Below are positions 49,731 to 60,216 of a DNA stretch of 64,000 nt, one piece after another. Both the position numbers and the translations under genes were made by a program. The notes beneath the pieces were generated by a model, which did not search any database, had not been told where the DNA came from, and saw nothing but the letters and a program-made list of their open reading frames with translations. Source of the stretch: Synechococcus sp. (lineage in GTDB: Bacteria > Cyanobacteriota > Cyanobacteriia > PCC-6307 > Cyanobiaceae); NCBI GenBank assembly GCA_047285805.1, contig JBJBCN010000002.1, forward strand, positions 704,001 to 768,000, written 5' to 3'. Every line of letters starts with the position of its first letter. Position 1 is the first letter of the stretch.

Positions 49731-49967
49731 ATGACAGCAAGTTCAGAAGGTCTCACCATCGGCGAACTCGAGTCCAAGTACTTCCTCTACCGCAAGGCAC
49801 TCAAACAGCTTTTGCTCGAGGGCCGCTCGGCGGCTGGGATTGAAAAGACACTCGTCTGGAGCCGTCTCGAAACCCTGCACAACTGTCTGCCCCGCCAGTA
49901 CAAGGCACCCGATCAGATTCGCTATCAGCTGCAGCGCGAAATCCAGCGCGAGCGCACCGCGAGCTGA
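49731..49967 (+). CDS. DUF3136 family protein
   Basis: LTIGELE..Y.KAL..W.RLETLH.CLP..YKAP. Confidence 0.8.
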   Translation: MTASSEGLTIGELESKYFLYRKALKQLLLEGRSAAGIEKTLVWSRLETLHNCLPRQYKAPDQIRYQLQREIQRERTAS

Positions 49968-50038
49968 GCGCAACCTCTCCAACAGCTGACCCTGACAAGG
50001 GTCTAGGGGGAAGTTCCCGTGACAGATTTACCTCATAA

Positions 50039-51160
50039 TTGCGTGTGAGGCAGATGGATCGTGCCTCCTTGGCAGCAGCGGAAGCCTTTCATCCCCCGGG
50101 TGCGGTGCTGGGTGTCAGCCCCCTGGGGAGCGGCAATGTCAATGACACCTTCTTGGTGGAGACCCAAGCGGGGAAAGTCGTTCTCCAGCGGCTCAACACA
50201 GCTGTGTTCCCCTCCCCTGAGCAGGTGATGCGGAACCTCCAGACCGTAGAGGCCCATATTCAGCGCAAACAAGCCAGCCCCGGAGACAGTCGCTGGGAGC
50301 ACCCGCGTCTGGTTACCCCAGCGGATGGCAGGGAAGAGCCCTGGTACTGCTGCGCCGAGGGAGGGTTCTGGCGCTGCATGAGCTTCATCGAGAACGCCAC
50401 AAGCTTTGATCGGATCGCAGACGGAGAGCAGGCGTACCAACTCGGTCTGGGGCTAGGGCGCTTTCACCACCTAATCAGCGACCTTCCTCCATGGGAGCTC
50501 CACGACACACTCGAAGGGTTCCACATCACCCCGCACTACTTGGATCGATACCGGCAGGCCTTGGTCCGCACTGGAGTGCAGCCGTCCGAGGAGACCACAG
50601 CCTGCATTGCCTTCATTCGAGAGCGTGAGTCCTTCTGCTCAGTGCTCGAGCAAGCCAAGGCCTGCGGTGAATTGCAGGAACGTCCCATCCATGGCGACCC
50701 AAAAATCAACAACGTGATGCTCGACAGCGTCAGCGGCGAAGCCGTCGCTCTCATTGACCTGGACACGGTGAAGCCCGGGCTGGTGCACTACGACATCGGC
50801 GACTGCCTGCGCTCCTGCTGCAACCGGGAGGGTGAGGAGGCCGCTGATCTGCTGGGCGTGCAGTTTGATCTAGAGTTGGCCGAAGCGATCTTGAAAGGGT
50901 ATCTCGAAGCCGCCGCATCCATGCTGACCGCAACGGATCTGCGATTCATCCCCGAGTCAGCTCGTCTGATCAGTTTCGAGCTCGGTCTGCGCTTCTTCAC
51001 CGATCACCTCAACGGTGATCGCTATTTCAAGGTAACCGAAGCCGGCCAGAACCTCAGGCGCGCGCAAGTGCAATTTGCCCTGACCCAGAGCATTGAAGAG
51101 CAGTGGGAGCTTCTCCAAGCCCTGGTGCATGGCCTCACCACCAGCATGCAAGGCGCCTAA
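50039..51160 (+). CDS. Aminoglycoside-phosphotransferase-fold sugar kinase (N-acetylhexosamine kinase-like)
   Basis: GSGNVNDT, HGDPKINN, IDLDTV, ELGLRFFTDHL. Confidence 0.85.
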   Translation: MRVRQMDRASLAAAEAFHPPGAVLGVSPLGSGNVNDTFLVETQAGKVVLQRLNTAVFPSPEQVMRNLQTVEAHIQRKQASPGDSRWEHPRLVTPADGREEPWYCCAEGGFWRCMSFIENATSFDRIADGEQAYQLGLGLGRFHHLISDLPPWELHDTLEGFHITPHYLDRYRQALVRTGVQPSEETTACIAFIRERESFCSVLEQAKACGELQERPIHGDPKINNVMLDSVSGEAVALIDLDTVKPGLVHYDIGDCLRSCCNREGEEAADLLGVQFDLELAEAILKGYLEAAASMLTATDLRFIPESARLISFELGLRFFTDHLNGDRYFKVTEAGQNLRRAQVQFALTQSIEEQWELLQALVHGLTTSMQGA

Positions 51161-51162
51161 CG

Positions 51163-51723
51163 GTGCTCCGACTGCATCCCTTCCGTCAGGACTCAGGCCT
51201 CAAAGGGATTGTCCTGGAAGGCCATATCCGCTGGGTCGCCGATCAGCTCCTGCTCCAATTCAGGCTCCAGGGCCCCCAAAAGAAGCTGGTCTTCCCAAGC
51301 CAAACAGACGCACCCCAAAGGCTCGATGGTCTTTGGAACTCCACCTGTTTGGAGGCCTTTTTTGGAGTTCCTGGTAAACCCCACTACTGGGAGTTCAACC
51401 TCAGTCCGAGTGGCGATTGGAACCTCTATCGCTTGGATGATTACCGCCAGGGACTACTGCAGGAGGAGGGGATGGGGATCAGAGCGATCAGCCTTCAGAA
51501 GGAGGATTTGGGAAGCGCAGTCCAGCTAAAGGCAGACATCGCAATCGATCTTGGGGAGACCTTAAGGGCCCACCACAGTCTCGAAGGATCACTGACAGCG
51601 GTAATCGAACAGCAGGGCGTCGGTTGCAGTCATTGGGCCCTCAAACACTGCGGCGAAGAAGCCGATTTTCACCGCCGCGAAAGCTTCACCCTCGGCATTC
51701 ATAAAGAGCCTGAATCCGCGTAA
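51163..51723 (+). CDS. DOMON-like domain protein
   Basis: LWNSTCLEAF, YWEFNLSPSGDW, ADFH. Confidence 0.8.
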   Translation: MLRLHPFRQDSGLKGIVLEGHIRWVADQLLLQFRLQGPQKKLVFPSQTDAPQRLDGLWNSTCLEAFFGVPGKPHYWEFNLSPSGDWNLYRLDDYRQGLLQEEGMGIRAISLQKEDLGSAVQLKADIAIDLGETLRAHHSLEGSLTAVIEQQGVGCSHWALKHCGEEADFHRRESFTLGIHKEPESA

Positions 51724-51807
51724 CAAATCCGAAGAAATACTCGCGCTTTCAAGGGACCAGGAGGATCTCTGTAGCCTGCGCTACAGAAACTCTGTGCAAC
51801 AGCCAAC

Positions 51808-51993
51808 TTGAACGTCACCCACTGCGGGGAAGAGCATCTGATCAGCTTGACGACGGATGAAGCGGCTCAGCTTGTGGATGCTTGCGCGTTGCTGCTGCTG
51901 GCCTCCAAGACAACCCCTGATTGCCAACTCAAGCCCGAGATGGCCCAGGTGTTGCAAACGGTCTTCGAGCATTTCAGCACCCACGTCGTCTAA
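51808..51993 (+). CDS. Small conserved hypothetical protein
   Basis: 61-aa ORF upstream of the DUF2499 gene. Confidence 0.6.
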   Translation: MNVTHCGEEHLISLTTDEAAQLVDACALLLLASKTTPDCQLKPEMAQVLQTVFEHFSTHVV

Positions 51994-52015
51994 CCAGCGC
52001 CGCTAGAACCAGCGG

Positions 52016-52318
52016 ATGCACGCGCTCTCCCTACCCACCTGGTGGATCCATGTAGCTTCCGTCCTGGAGTGGGTCCTCGCCATTCTGGCGATCCAGCGCT
52101 GGGGGACTCGGAGGGGAGAACCGGAATGGACCTGGCTCGCCCTTGCCATGGTTCCAGCGCTGATCAGCGCCATGGCGGCCTGCATCTGGCATCTCTTTGA
52201 TAACGCCGACGAGATCTACGGACTCGTGGTCCTACAGGCCGGATGCACCGTCTTGGGCAACGGGACCATGGCACTGGCGGCCTGGAACCTCCAGCGGAGG
52301 CGGAGTGAGCTCGGATGA
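52016..52318 (+). CDS. DUF2499 (Ycf49-like) membrane protein
   Basis: MHALSLPTWWIHVASVLEW. Confidence 0.88.
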   Translation: MHALSLPTWWIHVASVLEWVLAILAIQRWGTRRGEPEWTWLALAMVPALISAMAACIWHLFDNADEIYGLVVLQAGCTVLGNGTMALAAWNLQRRRSELG

Positions 52319-52647
52319 GCAGGCTGATTCCGGCCATTAGTGAAGGGCTGCACGTTCTCGGCAACGTGGATCCCGCACCATTGTTTGCGGCGTCCCTCTT
52401 CCCCTACCTGGCGTTTCTGTGGTGGGCCTGGAGATCCAAGCGCTTTCCCCGCTTGGCCCTTTGGGGCTTTGGCTTCACCCTGGTCTTCGTCCTGATCACG
52501 ATTGCGGCAGCCATCCTTGCCGAAGAGATCTATGGCCAGCAGCTCGCGGATGTGGACCCGCTCCATGGCGGAGCCGAGCTGTTTTTAACCATCAGCAACG
52601 TGATGATCCTGCTTGGTTTTATGGACAAGGGGGTGAACAAGTCTTAA
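52315..52647 (+). CDS. DUF3593 membrane protein
   Basis: LFAASLFPYLAFL, LADVDPLHGGAE. Confidence 0.85.
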   Translation: MSRLIPAISEGLHVLGNVDPAPLFAASLFPYLAFLWWAWRSKRFPRLALWGFGFTLVFVLITIAAAILAEEIYGQQLADVDPLHGGAELFLTISNVMILLGFMDKGVNKS

Positions 52648-52704
52648 GCGAGGGCGCCATTCGCGAGAGGCCCTCTGACAATCAGGTGTCACCCAAAGAA
52701 TTCG

Positions 52705-52962
52705 ATGCTCGCTCCTCTGCTGGCTATCGCCCCCGCCTCCGTGGCCTGGTCTCCCAAGGTGGGCCTGGTGATGATCATCGCCAACGTGATCGCCATCGGC
52801 ATCGGCAAGGCCACCATCAAGTACCCCAACGAGGGTGCCCAACTGCCCAACCCAGCGATGTTCGGTGGCATGAGCCACGCAGCACTGCTGGCAACCACCT
52901 CCTTCGGTCACATCCTCGGCATAGGCGCCATCCTGGGCCTGGCCGCCCGCGGCGTGGTCTGA
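52705..52962 (+). CDS. psaK: Photosystem I subunit PsaK
   Basis: WSPKVGLVMI, SFGHILGIGAILGL. Confidence 0.95.
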   Translation: MLAPLLAIAPASVAWSPKVGLVMIIANVIAIGIGKATIKYPNEGAQLPNPAMFGGMSHAALLATTSFGHILGIGAILGLAARGVV

Positions 52963-52990
52963 AGTCCTCCATCCCGGTCCGTCTCGCCGG

Positions 52991-53017
52991 AGCCCCCCTG
53001 GTTCAGGGGGGCTTTTT
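52991..53017 (+). terminator. psaK intrinsic terminator
   Basis: AGCCCCCCTG/CAGGGGGGCT stem plus T-run. Confidence 0.85.
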
Positions 53018-53037
53018 GATTTGCGGGTACCAACGCC

Positions 53038-54249
53038 TCAGCGCAGACCGATCAGATAGGGAAGGGCCCGCAAGCCGTAGCGCTCAAAGCGGTACTCAAA
53101 CAACAGCTGCGACATGGCTTCAGCGCTGGCGGTGGCTTCGAGGCCAGCCATTAATCGTTCGAGTCGCCCATCGGCCCGTTCATCCGACAGCCCCAACCAG
53201 GTGCGCTTGGCGAGGCGGCCGCTTAAGGACCACCGCCAACCAAGTCGCCCGCGCAAACGCTTCGGGTAGGAAACCAGAGCCCTGGGCCGGCCCGCCAGGG
53301 CGTCCAGCAGAAGAGGGGCCAACACATCCGCACTAGCCAAGGCATGGCGAATCCCCTCCCCACCGAGAAGATTTCCTGTGCTCACGGCGTCTCCCAAGCC
53401 CAACAGAGAACCCCGTTGGTGGCATTCACGTCGGCAGATCGTGCTGCGAATCAGACCACCATGGCGATCGAGAACCGCCTCGGGCATGAGCTCTAGCCGC
53501 TGAAGCAGGGCTTGCTGAAGCTGATGCAGTGGGGGTTGAAGGCGGGTGCCGTCTTGCAACCGACAGACGCCCAGCTTCAATAGGCCGGGTTGCATCGGAA
53601 AGACCCAGCCATAGCCCTGGGGCACCCAGCGACTGCCCAACATGAAACTCAGTCGGCCGGACCAGTCCTGCCACTGGTCGGGGGAGACCCTGAGCAACCA
53701 CTCCACGCCGGAACCGCTGATCAATGGCCCCTGGGCCGGGTCCGGATCGCCCAACAACGCGCGCTTTTCACCGGTGGCATCCACCACAAAGCGACTAGTC
53801 ACGCTGGCCGTCCGTCCGCCACGCCCACGCAGCTCCGTTCGAGCCAGACCTTTGGCCAGGGTTTGGGTGAAACAGACCCGCCACCCCAGACGCAACTCCG
53901 CACCAAGGGCGCAAGCTTCATCGGCCAACCAGCGGCGCAACGCCGCAAAGTCCAAGACAACCCCGAGGGGGCCAGCGGCGGACCAGTGCCGCTGACGTTC
54001 TCCCGGTCCCAACAGCTGCCACTGGTCCCAACGGGCAGCAATCACCCGCTCGGGCAGCCGCCATCGATGGACTGCACTCAGGGGAAGGGCCGCACTGCTG
54101 AAGGCGTTCTCAGAGAAATCCGGAAGCGCGTCGACGACGAGAACCGAAGCCCCTGCCTCAGCGAGCTGTTGAGCCAAGCGGGACCCGGCGGGACCGGCCC
54201 CCGCGATCAGCACATCCCAGACTGCTTGATCAGGGATCGACTCAGACAC
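53038..54249 (-). CDS. FAD-dependent oxidoreductase (geranylgeranyl reductase/FixC family)
   Basis: GAGPAG, DATG, GYGWVFP, GDA..GEGI. Confidence 0.85.
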   Translation of the reverse strand: MSESIPDQAVWDVLIAGAGPAGSRLAQQLAEAGASVLVVDALPDFSENAFSSAALPLSAVHRWRLPERVIAARWDQWQLLGPGERQRHWSAAGPLGVVLDFAALRRWLADEACALGAELRLGWRVCFTQTLAKGLARTELRGRGGRTASVTSRFVVDATGEKRALLGDPDPAQGPLISGSGVEWLLRVSPDQWQDWSGRLSFMLGSRWVPQGYGWVFPMQPGLLKLGVCRLQDGTRLQPPLHQLQQALLQRLELMPEAVLDRHGGLIRSTICRRECHQRGSLLGLGDAVSTGNLLGGEGIRHALASADVLAPLLLDALAGRPRALVSYPKRLRGRLGWRWSLSGRLAKRTWLGLSDERADGRLERLMAGLEATASAEAMSQLLFEYRFERYGLRALPYLIGLR

Positions 54250-56149
54250 CCACAGCCTGACGCTTCAAGGTGCCGAAGCGATTCAGGATGGACTCGCTCA
54301 TTTGAGCTGGGGTGAGCCCCAGGGCCTGCTTGCTTTGGGCCGGGGTGGCGTGATCGACGAGAACGTCGGGAATGCCAATCCGATGCACCGGCACCAGGAC
54401 GTCCTGGTCGTTGAGGATTTCCACGACGGCGGCACCAAAGCCACCGGCTAGACAGCCCTCTTCCATGGTGACGACCTTGCCGATTCGTCTGGCCATGGGA
54501 AGAATCAGCGCTTCATCGAGGGGACGAAGGAAGCGAGCGTTGATCACGGCGGCGCGGACGCCTTGCTCCTGCAGCAAGCCAGCGGTGGCCATGGCGGGTG
54601 CCACCATCGATCCATAGGCCACGATCAGGAGGTCGTCGCCATCGGTCAGCAGTTCACCGCGACCGATTTCGAGGGGCTCCCAACCCTCTTCCATCAGTGG
54701 AGCCCCCTCGCCTTCACCGCGGGGAATGCGTAGGGCGGTCGGACCGTCGTGGTTGAGGCAGGTCACCATCATTCTCTGGAGCTCAGCTTCATCCTTGGGT
54801 GCCATCACCGTGAAGTTGGGGACGCAGCGTAAATAGGTAATGTCGTACTGGCCCTGGTGGGTCGGCCCATCGGCGCCGACGATGCCAGCGCGGTCCAACA
54901 CGAAGGTGACCGGCAGGTTCTGAATACCAACGTCATGGATCAGTTGGTCGTAGGCGCGTTGCAGGAAAGTGCTGTAGATCGCACAGACCGGACGGAGACC
55001 TTCGCAGGCCATGCCCGCAGCCATCGTCACCGCGTGCTGTTCAGCGATGCCGACGTCGAAATACTGCTGGGGACGCGCCTTCTCGAGCAAGTCCAGACCG
55101 GTGCCGGTGGCCATGGCCGCCGTAATGCCCACCACCCGGGGGTCCTGTTCGCAGAGCTTGACAAGGGTCTGGCCAAAAACCTTGCTGTAGCTGGGGGGCT
55201 TTGGCTTGCTTGAGGGATAGGCCTTGCCGGTGGCGAGATCGAAGGCGCTCTGGGCGTGGTAGCCCACTTGATCTTCTTCGGCGAAGGCATAGCCCTTGCC
55301 CTTGGTCGTGGCCACATGAACAAGAACCGGGCCCTCATGGGCGTGGGCCTGCTCGAACACATCGATCAAACCGCCGATGTCATGGCCATCTACCGGCCCC
55401 ATGTAGGTGAAGCCCAGCTCCTCAAACACCGCTCCCAACTTGGGAACGGCAAGCCGCTTCATGCTCTCTTTGAGGTTCTTGAGTTCGGGAGGGAGCTCGC
55501 CGTGCATGAACGGCAGATGCTTGATCGCTTCCTCGGCGTTGTCCTGAAGAAACTGAAGCGGTCGGCTGTGCCGCATCCGGTTCAGATGGGTGGACAGGGC
55601 TCCGACCGGGGGGCTGATCGACATGTCGTTGTCGTTCAGAACCACCAATAGGCGGGTCTTGGGCAGGTGACCGGCGTGGTTGATGGCCTCAAGGGCCATA
55701 CCACCGGTAAGTGAGCCATCGCCAATGACGGCAACGCTCTTGAAGTCCTCGCCGCGCTGGTCCCGGGCCAGGGCCATGCCGAGGGCCGCCGAAATAGAGG
55801 TGCTGGCATGGCCAGCACCGAAGTGGTCGAAGGGGCTCTCGCAGCGCTTCAGATAACCCGCGACGCCGTTCTTCTGGCGCAGGGTGTGGAAGTCGTTGTA
55901 GCGACCGGTGATCAGCTTGTGGGGGTAGGCCTGGTGGCCCACGTCCCAAACGACCCGATCCTTGTCGAGGTCGAGGGTTTGATAGAGGGCGAGGGTGAGC
56001 TCCACCACCCCCAGGCCTGGGCCAAGGTGGCCACCACTCGTGCTCACCACTTCCAGGTGACGCTCGCGGATTTGGCGGGCAATGCCTTCAAGCTCAGCGA
56101 CGCTGAGGCCATGCAGCTGATTGGGATGCGTCAGCTCGCTGAGATGCAT
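54242..56149 (-). CDS. dxs: 1-deoxy-D-xylulose-5-phosphate synthase
   Basis: [41 protein letters not shown]. Confidence 0.97.
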   Translation of the reverse strand: MHLSELTHPNQLHGLSVAELEGIARQIRERHLEVVSTSGGHLGPGLGVVELTLALYQTLDLDKDRVVWDVGHQAYPHKLITGRYNDFHTLRQKNGVAGYLKRCESPFDHFGAGHASTSISAALGMALARDQRGEDFKSVAVIGDGSLTGGMALEAINHAGHLPKTRLLVVLNDNDMSISPPVGALSTHLNRMRHSRPLQFLQDNAEEAIKHLPFMHGELPPELKNLKESMKRLAVPKLGAVFEELGFTYMGPVDGHDIGGLIDVFEQAHAHEGPVLVHVATTKGKGYAFAEEDQVGYHAQSAFDLATGKAYPSSKPKPPSYSKVFGQTLVKLCEQDPRVVGITAAMATGTGLDLLEKARPQQYFDVGIAEQHAVTMAAGMACEGLRPVCAIYSTFLQRAYDQLIHDVGIQNLPVTFVLDRAGIVGADGPTHQGQYDITYLRCVPNFTVMAPKDEAELQRMMVTCLNHDGPTALRIPRGEGEGAPLMEEGWEPLEIGRGELLTDGDDLLIVAYGSMVAPAMATAGLLQEQGVRAAVINARFLRPLDEALILPMARRIGKVVTMEEGCLAGGFGAAVVEILNDQDVLVPVHRIGIPDVLVDHATPAQSKQALGLTPAQMSESILNRFGTLKRQAVGV

Positions 56150-56267
56150 GCCTGGGGCCAAGATTGTGGTTCAGCCTACGCGCAGCAGGACATCATCTGG
56201 GGCGAATTCGATACCCCCCTAGACCGATGTCTGGGGCTTGCGACACTGGTGTGATCTTCCGATAGCG

Positions 56268-57860
56268 ATGACAGCCACCGGCTCTGCCCTGAACTCCAGC
56301 TCCGGCATGGAGATGCTGCAGCGAATCCTGCGAGCCAGGGTCTACGACGTGGCCATTGAATCGCCGCTCGATACCGCTCCGAACCTGTCGCGGCGCCTGA
56401 AGAACAACGTCCTTTTGAAGCGCGAGGACCTGCAGCCGGTCTTCAGCTTCAAGCTCCGGGGTGCCTACAACAAAATGGTTGGCCTCAGCCCGTCTGAGTT
56501 GGAACGGGGCGTTATCGCCGCCAGCGCCGGCAACCATGCACAAGGGGTGGCGCTCGGGGCCCAGCGACTCGGTTGCCGGGCGGTGATCGTCATGCCGGTG
56601 ACCACACCGGAGATGAAGGTCCGGGCCGTGGCGTCCCGCGGTGCAGAAGTCGTGTTGGAAGGCGACACCTACGACGCCGCCTGCGCTGAGGCCTATCGGC
56701 TAGCCGACGAACGCGGCCTGACCTTTATCCACCCCTTCGATGACCCGGAGGTGATCGCCGGCCAGGGAACCATCGGCCTCGAAATCCTCAGGCAATGCTC
56801 CGAACCCCCCGACGCCATCTACATCGCCGTTGGTGGTGGAGGCCTCATCGCGGGTGTGGGCGCCTACGTCAAGACCCTCTGGCCCAACGTTGAAGTGATA
56901 GGCGTTGAACCGGTTGATGCGGATGCGATGACCCGCTCGCTGGCCCTGGGTGAACGGGTGAAGCTGGAGCAGGTGGGACTCTTTGCGGACGGTGTCGCGG
57001 TGCGCGAAGTCGGAGTGCAGACCTTTGCACTGGCTCGCGAGGTCGTTGACGCGATGGTCACCGTCGACAACGACGCCATCTGCGCCGCCATTAAGGATGT
57101 TTTTGAGGACACCCGCTCCATCCTTGAACCGGCTGGCGCTCTCGCGGTGGCAGGCATGAAAGCTGACATCGCTCGACGAACACTTGAGGGGAAGACCCTG
57201 GTGGCCGTGGCCTGCGGGGCCAACATGAACTTTGATCGCCTGCGCTTCGTCGCCGAACGCACGGAGATCAGCGAGGACCGCGAAGCGATGTTGGCGGTGG
57301 AGATCCCCGAGCAAGCTGGGAGCCTCCGCCAGTTCTGCACCCTGCTGGGGCAGCGGAGCTTGACTGAATTCAGTTACCGGCTCGCCGACCCCTGCCGCGC
57401 CCACATCTTCGTGGGGGTCCAGACCAGTGGCAGCTCCGACGAGGAAGCGCTGATCCACAGCCTGAGGGATGCCGGGTTCCCGTGCCTGGACCTCTCGAAC
57501 GACGAGCTTTCGAAGCTGCACCTGCGTCACATGGTCGGAGGACGGCTTCAGGGCAGTACCGGTGAGGCCACCGGCCACGGCCGGGAACTGCTCTATCGCT
57601 TCGAGTTCCCCGAGCGGCCAGGAGCCCTAATGCGATTCCTGACCAGCCTGCACCCGAACTGGAACATCAGCATCTTCCACTACCGAAACCATGGGGCAGA
57701 TGTCGGCCGGATTGTCGTGGGCGTACAGGTCCCAGCGGCGGAAATGAACGATTGGCAGGGCTTCCTGGATAGCCTCGGTTACCAGTACGCCGATGAAACC
57801 GACAACCCGGCCTATCGCCTCTTCCTTGGAGAGCTGGCCGGCAGCCTGAGCGTGGGATAA
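56268..57860 (+). CDS. ilvA: Biosynthetic threonine ammonia-lyase
   Basis: FSFKLRGAYN, SAGNHAQG; ACT-like C-terminus FPERPGAL. Confidence 0.96.
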   Translation: MTATGSALNSSSGMEMLQRILRARVYDVAIESPLDTAPNLSRRLKNNVLLKREDLQPVFSFKLRGAYNKMVGLSPSELERGVIAASAGNHAQGVALGAQRLGCRAVIVMPVTTPEMKVRAVASRGAEVVLEGDTYDAACAEAYRLADERGLTFIHPFDDPEVIAGQGTIGLEILRQCSEPPDAIYIAVGGGGLIAGVGAYVKTLWPNVEVIGVEPVDADAMTRSLALGERVKLEQVGLFADGVAVREVGVQTFALAREVVDAMVTVDNDAICAAIKDVFEDTRSILEPAGALAVAGMKADIARRTLEGKTLVAVACGANMNFDRLRFVAERTEISEDREAMLAVEIPEQAGSLRQFCTLLGQRSLTEFSYRLADPCRAHIFVGVQTSGSSDEEALIHSLRDAGFPCLDLSNDELSKLHLRHMVGGRLQGSTGEATGHGRELLYRFEFPERPGALMRFLTSLHPNWNISIFHYRNHGADVGRIVVGVQVPAAEMNDWQGFLDSLGYQYADETDNPAYRLFLGELAGSLSVG

Positions 57861-57891
57861 CTTGCAAACAACGCGCTTTTCGGCACGGGGT

Positions 57892-58527
57892 ATGACAGGC
57901 GAAACCGAGAAGCCGACCCCTACGGACTCCGAGGCGATCGCGCTTCAACCAGCAAACAGCTCGCTCTCTCTCCCCGCACGGCTGGAGGCGATTCTTTATC
58001 TTAAAGGTCGAGCCATGACTAAAGGGGAATTAGCGGAGATATCGGGAGCCAGCCGTGACGAAGTCGAGGTGGGGCTCATCACCTTGATGGCCGACTACGC
58101 CCACCGGGACACGGCGCTGGAGATCCGACAGGAAAGCAAGCGCTATAGCCTGCAATTGCGGGATGGACTGGGGGACCTCGTTCAAAACTTGTTGCCCGTG
58201 GATCTCTCGACGGCGGCCCTGCGCACCCTGGCCACGATCGCGATCAAAAAGCGGATCTTGCAGTCCGATCTGGTCGATCTACGCGGTTCAGGGGCCTACG
58301 ACCACATCAAGGAACTGCTGGCCCAGAACTTCATTGAGCGCAAACGCCAAAGCGAAGGCCGTTCGTTTTGGTTGAGCCTCAGCGAGAAGTTTCATCGGAC
58401 CTTCTCGGTTAAAACCGATGAACTGGTTGCTCAGCGCAAAGCGGTCAAATCTGTTGCCGCTGCTGAGCCCGTCGAGGTCAATCGGGCCAGCGACGTCAGT
58501 GATGAGGAGTGGGAGCTTGCCGCCTAG
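57892..58527 (+). CDS. scpB: SMC-Scp complex subunit ScpB
   Basis: LEAILY, LSTAALRTLATIA, LRG. Confidence 0.92.
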   Translation: MTGETEKPTPTDSEAIALQPANSSLSLPARLEAILYLKGRAMTKGELAEISGASRDEVEVGLITLMADYAHRDTALEIRQESKRYSLQLRDGLGDLVQNLLPVDLSTAALRTLATIAIKKRILQSDLVDLRGSGAYDHIKELLAQNFIERKRQSEGRSFWLSLSEKFHRTFSVKTDELVAQRKAVKSVAAAEPVEVNRASDVSDEEWELAA

Positions 58528-58569
58528 GCCGCTCCCACTCCATAGAGTGATCCCAACGCAGCTGTAGCC

Positions 58570-58857
58570 ATGTCCATCCTCGGCGACCTGATCGGCGTCC
58601 TGATCCAGACGCTCTCGATCTACACGCTGGTGTTGTTCGTTCGGGTGCTGCTCAGCTGGTTCCCCAATCTGGATTGGGGCAACCCTGTTCTCTCCACGGT
58701 TAGCGCCATCACCGATCCGTACCTGAATGTCTTCCGGGGACTCATCCCACCCCTGGGCGGCCTGGATCTCTCCGCAATCGTCGCTTTCCTAGCCCTGCAA
58801 CTCCTGCAGGGTCTGCTCGAGCAAAGTCGCGGCTACTTCTACCCCGCGTTTTTCTAG
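58570..58857 (+). CDS. yggT: YggT/Ycf19 membrane protein
   Basis: RVLLSWFPN, TDPYLNVFR..IPP.GGLD. Confidence 0.93.
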   Translation: MSILGDLIGVLIQTLSIYTLVLFVRVLLSWFPNLDWGNPVLSTVSAITDPYLNVFRGLIPPLGGLDLSAIVAFLALQLLQGLLEQSRGYFYPAFF

Positions 58858-59025
58858 GCCGGATAGGCTTCGGCGACGACTTGCTCCAAGGGAAGCAGGT
58901 CAGACGTCAGAAGCATTGAACAACAGGGTTCTCAGCGAGCTCATCGGGCTCCGGATCAAATCTGGGTGAAATCAGCATGCTTCGCCCTTGAGGTTGATTA
59001 AGCAGCCCGGCCGAGAAAACAGAGC

Positions 59026-59355
59026 TCAACCTTCACGATGAGCCACTGGACAGGCCTGAGAGGCCCTTACCGGGGCCTTGCGTGGGCGATGCGCCTCAGA
59101 GGAAGCAAGCGGCAGCTCGCCGTGCCCCTTGCGCACGATTCCGGTCACGAGATTGGGGTTCACGGTGCGCACAACCCCGCTGTCCACGTCCGTGATCTGA
59201 AAGAAGGAGTTGGCGCTGCACCTTGCACCGCCTTCGCAGTGGATGACCTGACCGACCCACCAGCCGCCTTCATGCGGCTCAACCAGCACCGCGTCGCCGA
59301 CGCCGACCTGCAGAAAGACCGGTTCAAGAGAAGAGCTGCCGGTGATTGCCGCCAT
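59026..59355 (-). CDS. DUF3104 family protein
   Basis: FLQVGVGDAVLV, WWVGQVIHCEGGAR, FQITDVDSG..VN. Confidence 0.85.
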   Translation of the reverse strand: MAAITGSSSLEPVFLQVGVGDAVLVEPHEGGWWVGQVIHCEGGARCSANSFFQITDVDSGVVRTVNPNLVTGIVRKGHGELPLASSEAHRPRKAPVRASQACPVAHREG

Positions 59356-59588
59356 AGAACCCCTGAATAGTACGCAAGTTCTATCAGGGATCATGCCTAT
59401 GGCAATAGGAAAATTGGCTCATTCCAGGAGCGTGGCCAGCGCATGTGGACATGACCGTTGGCTGCCACGCATAAGCAATCGGGAAGTTGCCTAAAAACGA
59501 ATCAGCAGCTCGGATGATGTGTCAGAGCGAACACCCAGAAGTAAATGTGAATCGGTATCAAGGGTTGCCATTTACAGCAGCCTTTCCA

Positions 59589-59759
59589 GTGCAGTTCCAG
59601 TACCGAGGCGTTACGCACCCCAACATCAAGACCATCTCCGTTGAACAGAAGGAATGCGTCTATCGCGGCGTTTCTTATGTCCGCACCTTCGATGCCGAAA
59701 GCAAGGTCGTGGATTTGACAGCTAGTAAGGATGCAACCGACGAAGCACTGGCTGCCTGA
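59589..59759 (+). CDS. DUF4278-like small protein
   Basis: Two YRGV repeats; start uncertain (ORF open from 59487). Confidence 0.7.
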   Translation: MQFQYRGVTHPNIKTISVEQKECVYRGVSYVRTFDAESKVVDLTASKDATDEALAA

Positions 59760-59938
59760 GCCTCATCGCTCACATTGCGCTTCCGGCCCCGCTTAAGCGT
59801 TTTTTTGTTGGGCTTGCACTGACGGCAGCATCAAGGCCATAACCGCCAAGGACACGGTGGTCGTCACCCTGTGATCCGAAAGGGGGCTACTTCTCACACC
59901 AGCCCCCACCCCATCACCCCCGCTCCAGGGCTGGTGGG

Positions 59939-60033
59939 GCTGTTGCCTGATTTCGCAGGCTTTGCGATAACGCCAGAGGACGAGACGTGAACTCCTCGAT
60001 CTGTGTGGCGGCGGCTGGGTGGCCCCAGTCGCC
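59939..60033 (-). repeat. Island-shared structured repeat, copy B
   Basis: Inverted homologue of 27023-27117. Confidence 0.85.
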
Positions 60034-60216
60034 AACAACACCCTTCCGGGGCTTCTCTTTTGAAGCCGGAGAGGCTTTTGGGCACTACACCAGGGCGTGA
60101 CGGTCAGAACCCGTTGCAAACGGTGCTTGGCATTAGCCCATCGCCGAGGGCGCAGCCAGTCACGCGCGCTGCATCGACGAGATCAGGCAGCAGTGCGCTG
60201 ATGAGGGGCTGGAGCC

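Noticed and set aside
59395..59588. Glutamine (downstream-peptide) riboswitch expected upstream of DUF4278 genes
   Set aside because: Conserved riboswitch segments not recognisable; needs cmscan
59939..60216. Guide/bridge-RNA role for the repeat downstream of the integrase
   Set aside because: No segment matching either att core was found, so there is no support for RNA-guided targeting
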